DNA from: an uncultured Pyrinomonadaceae bacterium
Lineage (GTDB): Bacteria; Acidobacteriota; Blastocatellia; Pyrinomonadales; Pyrinomonadaceae
DNA: 64,000 nt
Direction: 5' to 3'
Assembly (NCBI GenBank): GCA_964237235.1
Contig: CAXSGY010000003.1
Location: 68,920-132,919, forward strand
The notes beneath the pieces are model-generated. The model ran no database searches, was not told the DNA's origin, and worked only from the letters and a program-made list of their open reading frames with translations. Positions 17,782 through 26,543 of the stretch are shown in pieces (position 1 is the stretch's first letter; every line of letters starts with the position of its first letter). Position numbers and translations under genes: made by a program.

Positions 17782-18402
17782 TTATTCTCCGTGCGCGACT
17801 TCTTCGCCCGTCCACTGCGTTTTTTTGGAATGCGGAATATCGAACTGGTCTAAAATTCGATAACAGACGTGATTGACCAAATCGTCAATCGTTTGCGGCT
17901 TATGATAAAAACTCGGACTCGCCGCCAAAATCGTCGCGCCCGCGCGGGCGACGCGCAACATATTTTCGAGGTGAATCTGATTAAACGGCGTTTCGCGCGG
18001 AACTAAAACGAGCCGCCGGTTTTCCTTCAGACAAACGTCCGCCGCGCGGTGTATCAAATTCGTTCCCGCGCCCGACGCGATTGCGCCCAAAGTTCCCATC
18101 GAACACGGCACGACGATCATCCCGACTTGTTTGTTCGAGCCGCTCGAAGGTTTCGCCGCGAGATTGTTCAATTGCCAGAAGCGTATCAATTTTGAATCGT
18201 CGGGCAAGCCGAGCCATTCGTTGATTTTCTTTTGATCCAGATTTTTAAGATTTACGCCGAGTTCGACCTGTGCGACGATTGGGACGACTTCCGATAAAAT
18301 TAGGTTTATTGTTTCAACTGCGCCGCTGGCAGCTAAAAGTTGTAGAGTGCGTTGCGCGTAAATTGTGCCTGACGCGCCGGTTACGCCGACTGTTAATTCC
18401 AT
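17782..18402 (-). CDS. ubiX: UbiX-family flavin prenyltransferase
   Basis: GVTGASG N-terminus, ~200 aa, Pad1/UbiX-like sequence throughout. Confidence 0.88.
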   Translation of the reverse strand: MELTVGVTGASGTIYAQRTLQLLAASGAVETINLILSEVVPIVAQVELGVNLKNLDQKKINEWLGLPDDSKLIRFWQLNNLAAKPSSGSNKQVGMIVVPCSMGTLGAIASGAGTNLIHRAADVCLKENRRLVLVPRETPFNQIHLENMLRVARAGATILAASPSFYHKPQTIDDLVNHVCYRILDQFDIPHSKKTQWTGEEVAHGE

Positions 18403-18599
18403 ATGGTTCGATAATCAAATTCTATCATTGGTTCAAAAGGCATAATAATTTCTGTCAATCGAGCGTATTAAATTAGAACGGCAATAGTTTGATTTCGATC
18501 AAAATGACCGATTTTAATACTATTTTAATTGTATCAAAAACGATGCATAAATTGTTTGTATTTGTTTACGTTTGCTCAAGATAATCCGTATTTATCATT

Positions 18600-18707
18600 A
18601 TGGCATTGAATTTGCCACATGAGAAAAGCGTATTCTCTTTCTTGAGAAACAATGGATGGGCAATCCGAAACTTTGACAGCAATGATTATGTTTTTGAAAC
18701 ATTGTAG
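18600..18707 (+). CDS. Possible 35-aa small ORF (MALNLPHEKSVFSFLRNNGWAIRNFDSNDYVFETL)
   Basis: An ATG-to-TAG ORF inside a 520-bp AT-rich gap, followed 58 nt later by a clean intrinsic terminator. There is no homology evidence. Confidence 0.25.
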   Translation: MALNLPHEKSVFSFLRNNGWAIRNFDSNDYVFETL

Positions 18708-18765
18708 TTTGCTACCTGGGTTGTTTGTTTGATTCTATTTTTGATTATTCGTTTACTTAAAGGGG

Positions 18766-18791
18766 AAAGCGGTGAATTTTTTCACCGCTTT
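18766..18791 (+). terminator. Intrinsic terminator inside the ubiX-lipase gap
   Basis: 11-bp stem AAAGCGGTGAA / TTCACCGCTTT with loop TTTT, followed by a T-rich tail. Confidence 0.55.
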
Positions 18792-18923
18792 TTAATTTTA
18801 AATCAGGCGTATTAAATTTGCCCGACTTGCCAAACCCGCTTATTTTCGCCCGTCAAGGAAACTTCTGACGAAACGCGCCGATAATCAAAATAGAAAATCA
18901 GTTTTGATAAAAGGAGAATTAAA

Positions 18924-19859
18924 ATGGGCTTTGGCATTCCGAATCCGATAGACATCGCAAAAACCGTCGTTCACAAGGCGGAAAATCTTGGAGAGACGAC
19001 GGTGAAAACGACCGTCAATGTTGCTGAGACGACCGCTGAATTCGGCAAAGACGCAGTGGTCAGCACGGTCAAACTGCAAGCCGAGATAACCAGGATCGGT
19101 TTGGAAAAAACTTTCGAGGCAGCCAAAACCGGCGCGAATTTTGCCGAAAATATCTTTGACTCGATAACGCATCCGGGCGAATCGCATCCGCCTGCCGCGC
19201 AGGGCTTGGAATTTTCCGAAACGAAAAGCGCGTGCGAAATCGCATATAAGAGATCAAATTCAAAAGTCGGCGATGTTTTTCAATTTCCGGACGGCAAACA
19301 ATGGAAGGTCGTTGATGTCAAAGAAGATGCGAACACAGGGTTTCGCGCCGTCGCTTTAAAGCCGGTTGATCCGAACGATAAGCGCGTCGTCGTCGCTTTT
19401 TCCGGCTCGGACGAGGGCGGCGATTGGGACGACAACCTTAAACAGGGCGTTGGTTTACCGACGGCACAATACGGTCAGGCGGTTGATTTTGCGAACAAAT
19501 GGAAGGCGGCTGCCGGCGACAACGTAATTTTGACGGGACATTCGCTCGGCGGCGGTTTGGCTTCGTATGCTTCGATTAAAACTGATCTGCACGCGACGGC
19601 GGTTAATTCCGCGCCGCTCGCGCTCGATCATCTCGGGTTGAATCCGCTTGACGCGCTTCGCATCACGCAGTATTACGTTCCGGGCGAGGCTTTGAGCGTC
19701 GTCAATAATGCGAATCCGCTCGACGTTCGACCGGGTGAGAATATCGCCGTGCGGGGAAAATATTCAATTCTCGATCCGCGTTCGATTGGCAGAAATCATT
19801 CGCTCGACAGCGTCGCGCCGGATATTCCCAAGCCGCAATACATCGGCAATTTCAATTAG
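18924..19859 (+). CDS. Lipase class 3 / Mbeg1-like alpha/beta hydrolase with an N-terminal helical extension and no signal peptide
   Basis: VILTGHSLGGGLASYA nucleophile elbow. VVVAFSGSDEGGDWDDN strand-loop typical of the family. The first ~110 aa are Ala/Thr/Glu-rich and not hydrophobic. Confidence 0.7.
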   Translation: MGFGIPNPIDIAKTVVHKAENLGETTVKTTVNVAETTAEFGKDAVVSTVKLQAEITRIGLEKTFEAAKTGANFAENIFDSITHPGESHPPAAQGLEFSETKSACEIAYKRSNSKVGDVFQFPDGKQWKVVDVKEDANTGFRAVALKPVDPNDKRVVVAFSGSDEGGDWDDNLKQGVGLPTAQYGQAVDFANKWKAAAGDNVILTGHSLGGGLASYASIKTDLHATAVNSAPLALDHLGLNPLDALRITQYYVPGEALSVVNNANPLDVRPGENIAVRGKYSILDPRSIGRNHSLDSVAPDIPKPQYIGNFN

Positions 19860-19877
19860 AAATTTTGCTATGCAAAA

Positions 19878-19921
19878 AAAAACAAAAGTCCGCCGAATCG
19901 TTCGCGCGGGCTTTTGTTTTT
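19878..19921. terminator. Bidirectional terminator between convergent lipase and lipoprotein genes
   Basis: 16-bp stem (one G-T pair) AAAAACAAAAGTCCGC / GCGGGCTTTTGTTTTT. Confidence 0.55.
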
Positions 19922-19935
19922 GCCTTTCAATAAAT

Positions 19936-20805
19936 TTAACGCATACGCTTGACGGAAAATTCTTTGCCGTCGGCGCGGTAGAAAGTTCCGCCGTTGTAAT
20001 TTTCGTCGTCAAAAACGAATTTGTTCGCTTTGCCGTTCGCCGAATCCGACGCAAAGGCGTATTTGCCGTCGTCGCGTTCTTCGGAAAAGAACATTTCCGT
20101 TCCCGTGCCTTTCGCCCATTTGACTTCAAAAGCCATTTTCGCGGGTTTGACCGCGCAGCTCGTATCGCCGACTTGATACGCGCCCTCAAACTCGCCGGTC
20201 GGCGAAGAATTTTTAGAATTGTCGCCGGAATCATTCGCGGCTGATTCCTTGAAATATTTCAGTAGATTTTCGCCTTTGCCGTAATCAATGTTGGAAATTT
20301 TCCACGCCGAATTTTCCTTGACGAGCTGATAAGTCAGCGAGTTTTTAATTTTGAAATTGACAAAAGTTACGGGAACACTCGCCTTGTCGCCATCAATTTT
20401 TGCCGCGCCGATGTTCAGGTTTTTAATTTCCGCGTCCTGCGTGTTGTAAAAAATATCGAAATCAATCACGCCGACTTCGTCCTTATTCGTCGTCATATCC
20501 TTCCAAATCAAATTGGCGAGATTTTTATCGAAATACTTGTCGAGAATTTTGCGGTTTTCGCCCTGCACAATCGCGCCGTTATCTCTGTCGTGCGCTTTAT
20601 ACAAATCTTTGACGAGCGCGTCGGGCGCAATTTCGGCGGTTTCCGCGGCGGCGTTTTCGACCGCCGAGTTTGACGGCGCGATTTTAATATCTTCAGCGTT
20701 CATCATCACGACGTTCGCGTTCTGATTCGCCGGTTTCGTCGCCGAAGAACAATTTAAAGCCGTAAAAAAAACGGCAGTCAATAATAAATAATTTAGCGAT
20801 TTCAT
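19936..20805 (-). CDS. Hypothetical lipoprotein (N-terminal half DUF3828/YbjP-like)
   Basis: Lipobox FTALNCSS. LVKDLYKAHD...ILDKYFDKNLANLIWKD resembles DUF3828. Confidence 0.5.
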   Translation of the reverse strand: MKSLNYLLLTAVFFTALNCSSATKPANQNANVVMMNAEDIKIAPSNSAVENAAAETAEIAPDALVKDLYKAHDRDNGAIVQGENRKILDKYFDKNLANLIWKDMTTNKDEVGVIDFDIFYNTQDAEIKNLNIGAAKIDGDKASVPVTFVNFKIKNSLTYQLVKENSAWKISNIDYGKGENLLKYFKESAANDSGDNSKNSSPTGEFEGAYQVGDTSCAVKPAKMAFEVKWAKGTGTEMFFSEERDDGKYAFASDSANGKANKFVFDDENYNGGTFYRADGKEFSVKRMR

Positions 20806-21017
20806 ATTTTGGGGTTTTCCTCTCTAAATTTTGCGGCGCGAAATTTTTCAAGCCGCGATAATTTTTAATTTTGAAAAGATTACGCTTAATTTGCGGAATT
20901 TTCAAAAGAATAACGGCAAAGCCATTAAAAAAATCTCTCGTTTGCGGCGTATTTCCGGCGAATGCTAAAATGATTTTTCGCTTATGATAATTCGTCTGAA
21001 TTGTCGTTTTACTATTT

Positions 21018-21821
21018 ATGGAATTAGCCGTCGAAAAATATCGCGTCGAAAACGAACCCTATTATCTTCCCGTCAACCGGGAAGTCGAACTTTTTCAAGC
21101 CGCGTATGCGGCGAAATTGCCCGTGATGCTGAAAGGTCCGACCGGCTGCGGCAAAACGCGCTTCGTCGAATTTATGGCGCACAAACTAAATCGTCCTTTG
21201 ATAACGGTCGCCTGTCACGAAGATTTGTCGGCGACCGATTTAGTCGGGCGATTTTTATTGGAAGGCGACGAAACCGTCTGGCACGACGGACCTTTGACGA
21301 AAGCCGTCCGCACCGGCGCGATTTGTTATCTCGACGAAGTGGTCGAAGCCAGAAAAGATACGGTCGTCATTATTCATCCGCTGACCGACGACAGGCGCAG
21401 ATTGCCGATTGAAAAGCGCGGCACAATCGTTGACGCGCCGCCGGAATTTATGCTCGTCGTCTCGTATAATCCCGGTTATCAATCAATTTTAAAGGATTTG
21501 AAACAATCCACGCGCCAGCGTTTCGTGGCGATGGAATTCGATTATCCGAATGCGGAAGCCGAAACGGAAATCGTCGCCAAAGAAGGCAAAATTGACGAAG
21601 CGACGGCACGGGATTTGGTGACAATTGGGCAAAAAGTTCGTAATTTGCGCGGACACGGTTTGGAAGAAGGTGTTTCGACGCGCCTTTTAATTTATGCCGC
21701 GCAAATGATCGCCAAAGGAATCGCGCCGATTGACGCGGCGGAAGTCGCGCTCTGCTCGCCGATTACCGACGACCGCGAACTGCAGCGCAGTATCAGAGAA
21801 ATCGTGACGACAATTATTTAA
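21018..21821 (+). CDS. CbbQ/NirQ/NorQ/GvpN-family MoxR-class AAA+ ATPase
   Basis: Walker A GPTGCGKT and Walker B CYLDEV. 267 aa with the typical CbbQ-length single AAA+ module. Confidence 0.85.
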   Translation: MELAVEKYRVENEPYYLPVNREVELFQAAYAAKLPVMLKGPTGCGKTRFVEFMAHKLNRPLITVACHEDLSATDLVGRFLLEGDETVWHDGPLTKAVRTGAICYLDEVVEARKDTVVIIHPLTDDRRRLPIEKRGTIVDAPPEFMLVVSYNPGYQSILKDLKQSTRQRFVAMEFDYPNAEAETEIVAKEGKIDEATARDLVTIGQKVRNLRGHGLEEGVSTRLLIYAAQMIAKGIAPIDAAEVALCSPITDDRELQRSIREIVTTII

Positions 21822-21830
21822 AAATCAATT

Positions 21831-22166
21831 ATGGATATTTACGGTCTGGAAAATCTCTCGCCTCAACAACTCGAACAGGAAATCGCGCGCGGCGGCAAAT
21901 TCGTCGTTTTTGAATACTGCATCTCGCTGCTGATCGTCACCTTCAAGCGTTCGACGGACGTTTATTTTATCCGCGCCGGCGAAAGCACTTTCAGCAAAAG
22001 TTTTACCTACACTCTGCTCTCAGCCGTCGTCGGCTGGTGGGGATTTCCGTGGGGTCCGATTTATACGATTGCCGCGCTTCACACCAATCTGAGCGGCGGC
22101 AAAAACGTAACGATGGAAATAATAAACGCCTTAAACAACAAGCCGAATCATACGATCCTGAGTTAA
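21831..22166 (+). CDS. Small membrane protein of unknown function (2 predicted TM segments)
   Basis: Starts 10 nt after the CbbQ-like stop. Hydrophobic segments are FEYCISLLIVTF and YTLLSAVVGWWGFPWGPIYTIAAL. Confidence 0.5.
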   Translation: MDIYGLENLSPQQLEQEIARGGKFVVFEYCISLLIVTFKRSTDVYFIRAGESTFSKSFTYTLLSAVVGWWGFPWGPIYTIAALHTNLSGGKNVTMEIINALNNKPNHTILS

Positions 22167-22204
22167 AGCAGATTTCAAGTATATGTAAAATCGAAATTAT
22201 GAAA

Positions 22205-22271
22205 TCTATGCGCGGCTATGTTTCTATGTGGTTAAGATTTCTAACCACATAGAAACATAGCCGCACATAGA
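22205..22271. terminator. Long hairpin (23 bp perfect, 30 bp with one mismatch) between convergent genes; no T-tract
   Basis: 22212-22234 is the exact reverse complement of 22242-22264, with loop AGATTTC. The arms contain CTATG repeated at 8-10 nt spacing. Confidence 0.65.
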
Positions 22272-22326
22272 AAATTCGGACTGCTCGACAACCGGTCGAG
22301 AAAATAATCGTAAAATTTTCCGTCGC

Positions 22327-23256
22327 TTATTTAAAAATATCCTTGCCGTCGCCGTTTTCCGTCAGCAGTTCGACTTTCGCTTCCTGCACGACAATCGGGC
22401 TGGTCGGATAAATTTCGATGTTCGATTTGCTCAAGGCTTTTTTGATGCCCGTCGCCACTTGATCGAAAACTTCCATCGGTTTGCTTTCGTTCGTGTTGAT
22501 CCAAAAATAAATCGAGAGATTTACGCCTTCCGAAGCCAGATCGGTCACGTAAACGCTCGGGGAAGGCTCTTTAACGACGGTGTTTATTTCACCCATCACT
22601 TTCAGAATGCCTGATTTCGCCTGGTCAATTTCCGCGTCGTAACCGATGCTGACGGTTAATTTCATACGCCTTGCCGCGCCCGCGCCGCGAATAATCAGAG
22701 CGTTCGAATACATATCGCCGTTCGGCATCAAAATCCGCTCGCCGTCGTCCATTCGTAGGGTCGTCGCGCGCACGCCGATGTATTCGACCTTGCCCTGTTT
22801 ATCCTTCACAAAAATATAATCGCCGATGTGAAACGGCTCTTTCCATAAAATTAAAACGCCCGACAAAAGATTGTTCAAAATATCTTTGGTGGCGAAACCG
22901 ACGATAAACGACGTAAAGCCCAAACCCGCAATCAAATCGCCGAAGCGAAACGACGGCACGATCACCGTCAGAGCGGTAAAAATCCCCAACACAAAAATAA
23001 AAATTCCGATCAGACGGCTGAACAAAATTCGCAGACGATTGTCTAATTTCGTGCGGCTCGTCGTCGCCCAAAACGCGCTTTTGAAAATTTTGGAAAGTAT
23101 CCAGAAGAAAATTAAAACCAGAATGCCCGAAACGAGATAAGGCAGCTGTTCGATCACCGATTTGATTAAATTATCCACCGACGAATAAGCGACGTTCGTG
23201 ACCTGCGACGCGCTTTCGATGACTTTGGTCGGCGTGTTTGAAGTTTGAAAAAACAT
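22327..23256 (-). CDS. Mechanosensitive ion channel family protein (MscS-like)
   Basis: Three N-terminal TM helices, then a beta-domain with the ILMPNGDM motif. 309 aa. Confidence 0.8.
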   Translation of the reverse strand: MFFQTSNTPTKVIESASQVTNVAYSSVDNLIKSVIEQLPYLVSGILVLIFFWILSKIFKSAFWATTSRTKLDNRLRILFSRLIGIFIFVLGIFTALTVIVPSFRFGDLIAGLGFTSFIVGFATKDILNNLLSGVLILWKEPFHIGDYIFVKDKQGKVEYIGVRATTLRMDDGERILMPNGDMYSNALIIRGAGAARRMKLTVSIGYDAEIDQAKSGILKVMGEINTVVKEPSPSVYVTDLASEGVNLSIYFWINTNESKPMEVFDQVATGIKKALSKSNIEIYPTSPIVVQEAKVELLTENGDGKDIFK

Positions 23257-23352
23257 AATAAATTCAAATAATTTCGAGCCGTTAAAAGTTCAGCCCGAAT
23301 AAATATGAAACCAAAATCCGCGTTCGAGTTGCTTGCGAATCGGTCTTTAAAC

Positions 23353-23381
23353 TTGACTTTTTAATTTATTAGAATTAGAAT
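23353..23381 (+). promoter_or_regulatory. Candidate sigma70-type promoter of dps (TTGACT-17-TAGAAT) overlapped by the inverted repeat TTAGAA-N9-TTCTAA
   Basis: Hexamers at 23353-23358 and 23376-23381, 22 nt upstream of the ATG. Confidence 0.35.
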
Positions 23382-23403
23382 AGTTCTAAACAAAAGAGAA
23401 ATT

Positions 23404-23880
23404 ATGCATAACACGAAGAACGATTTGGCGCAGGAAAAACGCGAAAAGGTCGCCGAATATCTGAACGCGCGACTGGCGGACGCGATTGACTTAAAAACAC
23501 AGGCGAAACAGGCGCACTGGAACGTGAAGGGAATTCATTTTATCGGTTTGCACGAGCTTTTCGATCAAGTGGCGATTGCCGCTGAAGCGCACACCGATTT
23601 GATTGCCGAACGCATTACCGCGCTCGGCGGCACGGCATATGGCACGGCGCGCGTCGTCGCGCAAAAATCCAGTTTGTCCGAATATCCTCTGGAAATCATC
23701 GACGGCACGGCGAACGTTGACGCACTTTCGACGGCGATGTCGGATTTCGGCAAACGCATTCGCCAGAATATTGACGACACGGAGGAACTCGGTGACAAAG
23801 ACACGGCTGATTTATTGACCGAAGTTTCGCGCGAAACCGACAAACTTTTATGGTTCGTCGAAGCGCACATTCAAGCATAG
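23404..23880 (+). CDS. dps: Dps (DNA starvation/stationary-phase protection protein)
   Basis: AHWNVKGIHFIGLHELFD ferroxidase-centre motif. 158 aa. Confidence 0.9.
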   Translation: MHNTKNDLAQEKREKVAEYLNARLADAIDLKTQAKQAHWNVKGIHFIGLHELFDQVAIAAEAHTDLIAERITALGGTAYGTARVVAQKSSLSEYPLEIIDGTANVDALSTAMSDFGKRIRQNIDDTEELGDKDTADLLTEVSRETDKLLWFVEAHIQA

Positions 23881-23913
23881 ATAAAAGTTTAACAAGGGGC
23901 GAACAAGGGGGCG

Positions 23914-23942
23914 AGAGGCGAATTTGAAAAAATTCGCCTTTT
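23914..23942. terminator. Terminator hairpin between convergent dps and lpxC
   Basis: Stem AGGCGAATT / AATTCGCCT followed by a T-run. Confidence 0.5.
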
Positions 23943-23947
23943 ATCTT

Positions 23948-24799
23948 TCAGCCTTCGACGATTTCCCAGGCTGATTCGGTTTTCAAAAGTTTGCTCATCA
24001 TCGAAGCGTGAACCGAATGACCGCTTTTGTGGGCTTTGATTCGTCCTAAAAGCGGCATTCCGAGCAGGGAAAAATCGCCGACAATATCGAGCGTTTTGTG
24101 CCTGGCGAATTCGTCTTTAAAGCGCAGAGGCGTTTCGTTGAGCATTCCGTCGTCGCTTAAAACAATCGCGTTGTTCAAGGATCCGCCGAGCGCGAGATTT
24201 GCCTTGCGGAGCATCTCGATTTCGCGCGTAAATCCGAAGGTTCGCGCCGAGCCGATTTCGCGCCCGAATGAATTGCCGGTTAATGTAAAATTAAAAATTT
24301 GCCGTTTGATAAACGGATGCGGAAAATCAATCGTGCATTCAATTTCGTATTTTTCCGACGGCGCGATTGACATTTTTCGGTCGCCGTCGGCAAATTCGAC
24401 CGTCTTTTTTATCTTCAGAAAACGGCGCGGCGCGTTTTGCTCAATCGCGCCCGCTCGTTCGATTAAATCCAGAAAAATTTCGCTCGAACCGTCCATAATC
24501 GGAATCTCGATGTTGTCGATTTCGATAAAACAATTATCAATATTCGAGCCACGCAGAGCCGCGAGCAGATGTTCGCAAGTCGAAAGCAGAACGCCTTTTC
24601 GCAGAAGCGTCGTCGCATAGCTGCAATGCGAAACGTATTCAATCGAAGCCGGAATTTCAAAATCATCCAAATCCGTGCGGACGAAAACATAACCCGTATT
24701 TTCCGGCGCGGGCTTCAGATTCAAATTTACCCGAACGCCGGTATGCAGTCCGATGCCGTTTGTTTTGACGACTTTGGAAATTGTTCGCTGATTTATCAT
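23948..24799 (-). CDS. lpxC: UDP-3-O-acyl-N-acetylglucosamine deacetylase
   Basis: NGIGLHTGVRV, HKSGH and FARHK-type motifs. MINQRT at 24799 is the likelier start. Confidence 0.9.
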   Translation of the reverse strand: MINQRTISKVVKTNGIGLHTGVRVNLNLKPAPENTGYVFVRTDLDDFEIPASIEYVSHCSYATTLLRKGVLLSTCEHLLAALRGSNIDNCFIEIDNIEIPIMDGSSEIFLDLIERAGAIEQNAPRRFLKIKKTVEFADGDRKMSIAPSEKYEIECTIDFPHPFIKRQIFNFTLTGNSFGREIGSARTFGFTREIEMLRKANLALGGSLNNAIVLSDDGMLNETPLRFKDEFARHKTLDIVGDFSLLGMPLLGRIKAHKSGHSVHASMMSKLLKTESAWEIVEG

Positions 24800-24932
24800 C
24801 AAGCATTCAAATAACAAGAGTTATGCCGAGTTTCTTTGAACGGCTAAACGATTTATTTGATATAGTTTAGATTCTGCAAATCATAAATTAAAAAGGCTTG
24901 CTGTTGCGGCGAGTCAACAAATCTGTGGCATA

Positions 24933-24981
24933 ATTCACGATTCACGATTTACGATTTACAATTTACAATTTACAATTTAGA
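24933..24981 (+). repeat. Seven tandem heptamers (ATTCACG x2, ATTTACG, ATTTACA x3, ATTTAGA) ending 9 nt before an ATG
   Basis: Read directly from the sequence. The array generates three TACAAT (-10-like) hexamers in 7-nt register at 24957, 24964 and 24971. Confidence 0.9.
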
Positions 24982-24989
24982 TAAAAGTT

Positions 24990-25580
24990 ATGGCAATTAA
25001 ATTAGCAGGTTTGAAATCTGCGAAACCGTCGGAAATAAAAATCGAAAATCAAGCGAGCATCGCTCTGCCGAAGAATACCGAAGAATTGATACGGCAAATT
25101 CTGGCGTATCTGCCGCTCGAGCATCAGCGCGGTCTGGAGCGCATACGGCTCGTAGATTTTATCAATAACGCTCAACTGAAAAATTCACCCGTGCCGATTA
25201 AAGGCGATTTGCCGGGACTTTATCACCCGAAAATTCAAAATAAAAACGCCTGGATTGAAATTGCGCTCGGCGCGCTTTTGCAGCCGACCGAAAACTTCGG
25301 CAAACGCTGGATGGCGAAATCGGCGTTCAAAAGCAATCTCGCCGGTTTGCTGTTTTCGCTCGTCGGGCAGCATTATCATTTGACTCTGCGCCATTCGGTG
25401 AAAAGAGAAAGTCTCGAACCGCAGATTCGTCAATACGCGCAGAAAAATTTGAAAACGTGGAGCGAAAAACAATCGGAGACGAGCAAGCGCGCCAAATTTT
25501 TCAAACCTTTTCGCCCGTATATCGAACGCTGGGCGAAATGGCTGAACAAAAAAGCGGCGGAAGCACAGAAGAAATCTTAG
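24990..25580 (+). CDS. Hypothetical protein with a basic C-terminal tail
   Basis: 196-aa ORF with normal-looking composition. No motif recognised. Confidence 0.45.
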   Translation: MAIKLAGLKSAKPSEIKIENQASIALPKNTEELIRQILAYLPLEHQRGLERIRLVDFINNAQLKNSPVPIKGDLPGLYHPKIQNKNAWIEIALGALLQPTENFGKRWMAKSAFKSNLAGLLFSLVGQHYHLTLRHSVKRESLEPQIRQYAQKNLKTWSEKQSETSKRAKFFKPFRPYIERWAKWLNKKAAEAQKKS

Positions 25581-25669
25581 AGTCATTTGATAAACGAAAA
25601 ATTTTCTCTGTCGTCAACCATTTTTTTTCTGCGAAAATCGAAAAATAATAAAAACTCTCACAAATAGAA

Positions 25670-26533
25670 ATGGACGACGCGACAAAAGAGGCAATTAGCG
25701 AGAAAATCGAGCAGACGGTTGAAGCGGCGGAAGAAATCGTTCGGCATCCCTATACGAAGCGTCTCGCTCAGTTAGGTTTCTATACGAAGGGATTTCTTTT
25801 CACCGTGATCGGAATTTTGGCGTTGCTGGTCGCCTTCGGACAGCGCGGTGGCACGCTTGCCGATCCGACCGGCGCGTTGAACGTCATCGCGCAGCTTTCA
25901 TACGGCAAGGTTTTTTTGATAATTTTCGTCGTCGGAGCGGTTTGTCACGGCATCTGGAATATTTTGCGCGGCGTGGCGGACGTTGATAACGCCGGTAAAA
26001 AATGGCAGGGCATCGCTAAACGCATCATCGCGGTCGGAACCGGAATTTTTTACATATTTTTGGCGTGGACGGCTTGGATTATTATCACGACGGCGCAGGT
26101 TTCCACGCAAAACGGAACGGTTCAGAAAAGCATTACGGCTTTGATTCTCGCGTTGCCGCTCGGCACGATTTTGATATTGATCGTCGGTTTGAGCGTAATC
26201 GGCGCGGGCTTGAGCGAATGTTATCGCGGCATCACCGGAAAATTTCAGGAAGATTTCCGGCTGCGCGAGCTGCAGGGCTGGAAACGAAAAATCGTTACCG
26301 TTCTGGGCGCGTTGAGCTTTACGGCGCGGGCAGTTATTTTCGGTTTGATCGGTTATTATTTCGTTCTCGCGGCGATTGACGCGAACCCGAACGAGGCGAC
26401 CGGCGTGGACGGCGCGCTGCGAACGCTGTCGCAGAATTTTTACGGCAAAACGCTTTTATTCGTCGCCGCCGTCGGCTTGATCGCACACGGCATTTTGTCG
26501 CTTTACGAAGCGCGTTACCGCCGAATTTGTTAA
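25670..26533 (+). CDS. DUF1206-like integral membrane protein
   Basis: Three repeats of a paired-TM unit (…KGFLFTVIGILAL…, …GIFYIFLAW…, …RAVIFGLIGYYFV…), each followed by a conserved HG. Confidence 0.65.
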   Translation: MDDATKEAISEKIEQTVEAAEEIVRHPYTKRLAQLGFYTKGFLFTVIGILALLVAFGQRGGTLADPTGALNVIAQLSYGKVFLIIFVVGAVCHGIWNILRGVADVDNAGKKWQGIAKRIIAVGTGIFYIFLAWTAWIIITTAQVSTQNGTVQKSITALILALPLGTILILIVGLSVIGAGLSECYRGITGKFQEDFRLRELQGWKRKIVTVLGALSFTARAVIFGLIGYYFVLAAIDANPNEATGVDGALRTLSQNFYGKTLLFVAAVGLIAHGILSLYEARYRRIC

Positions 26534-26543
26534 AATCTTTTCG

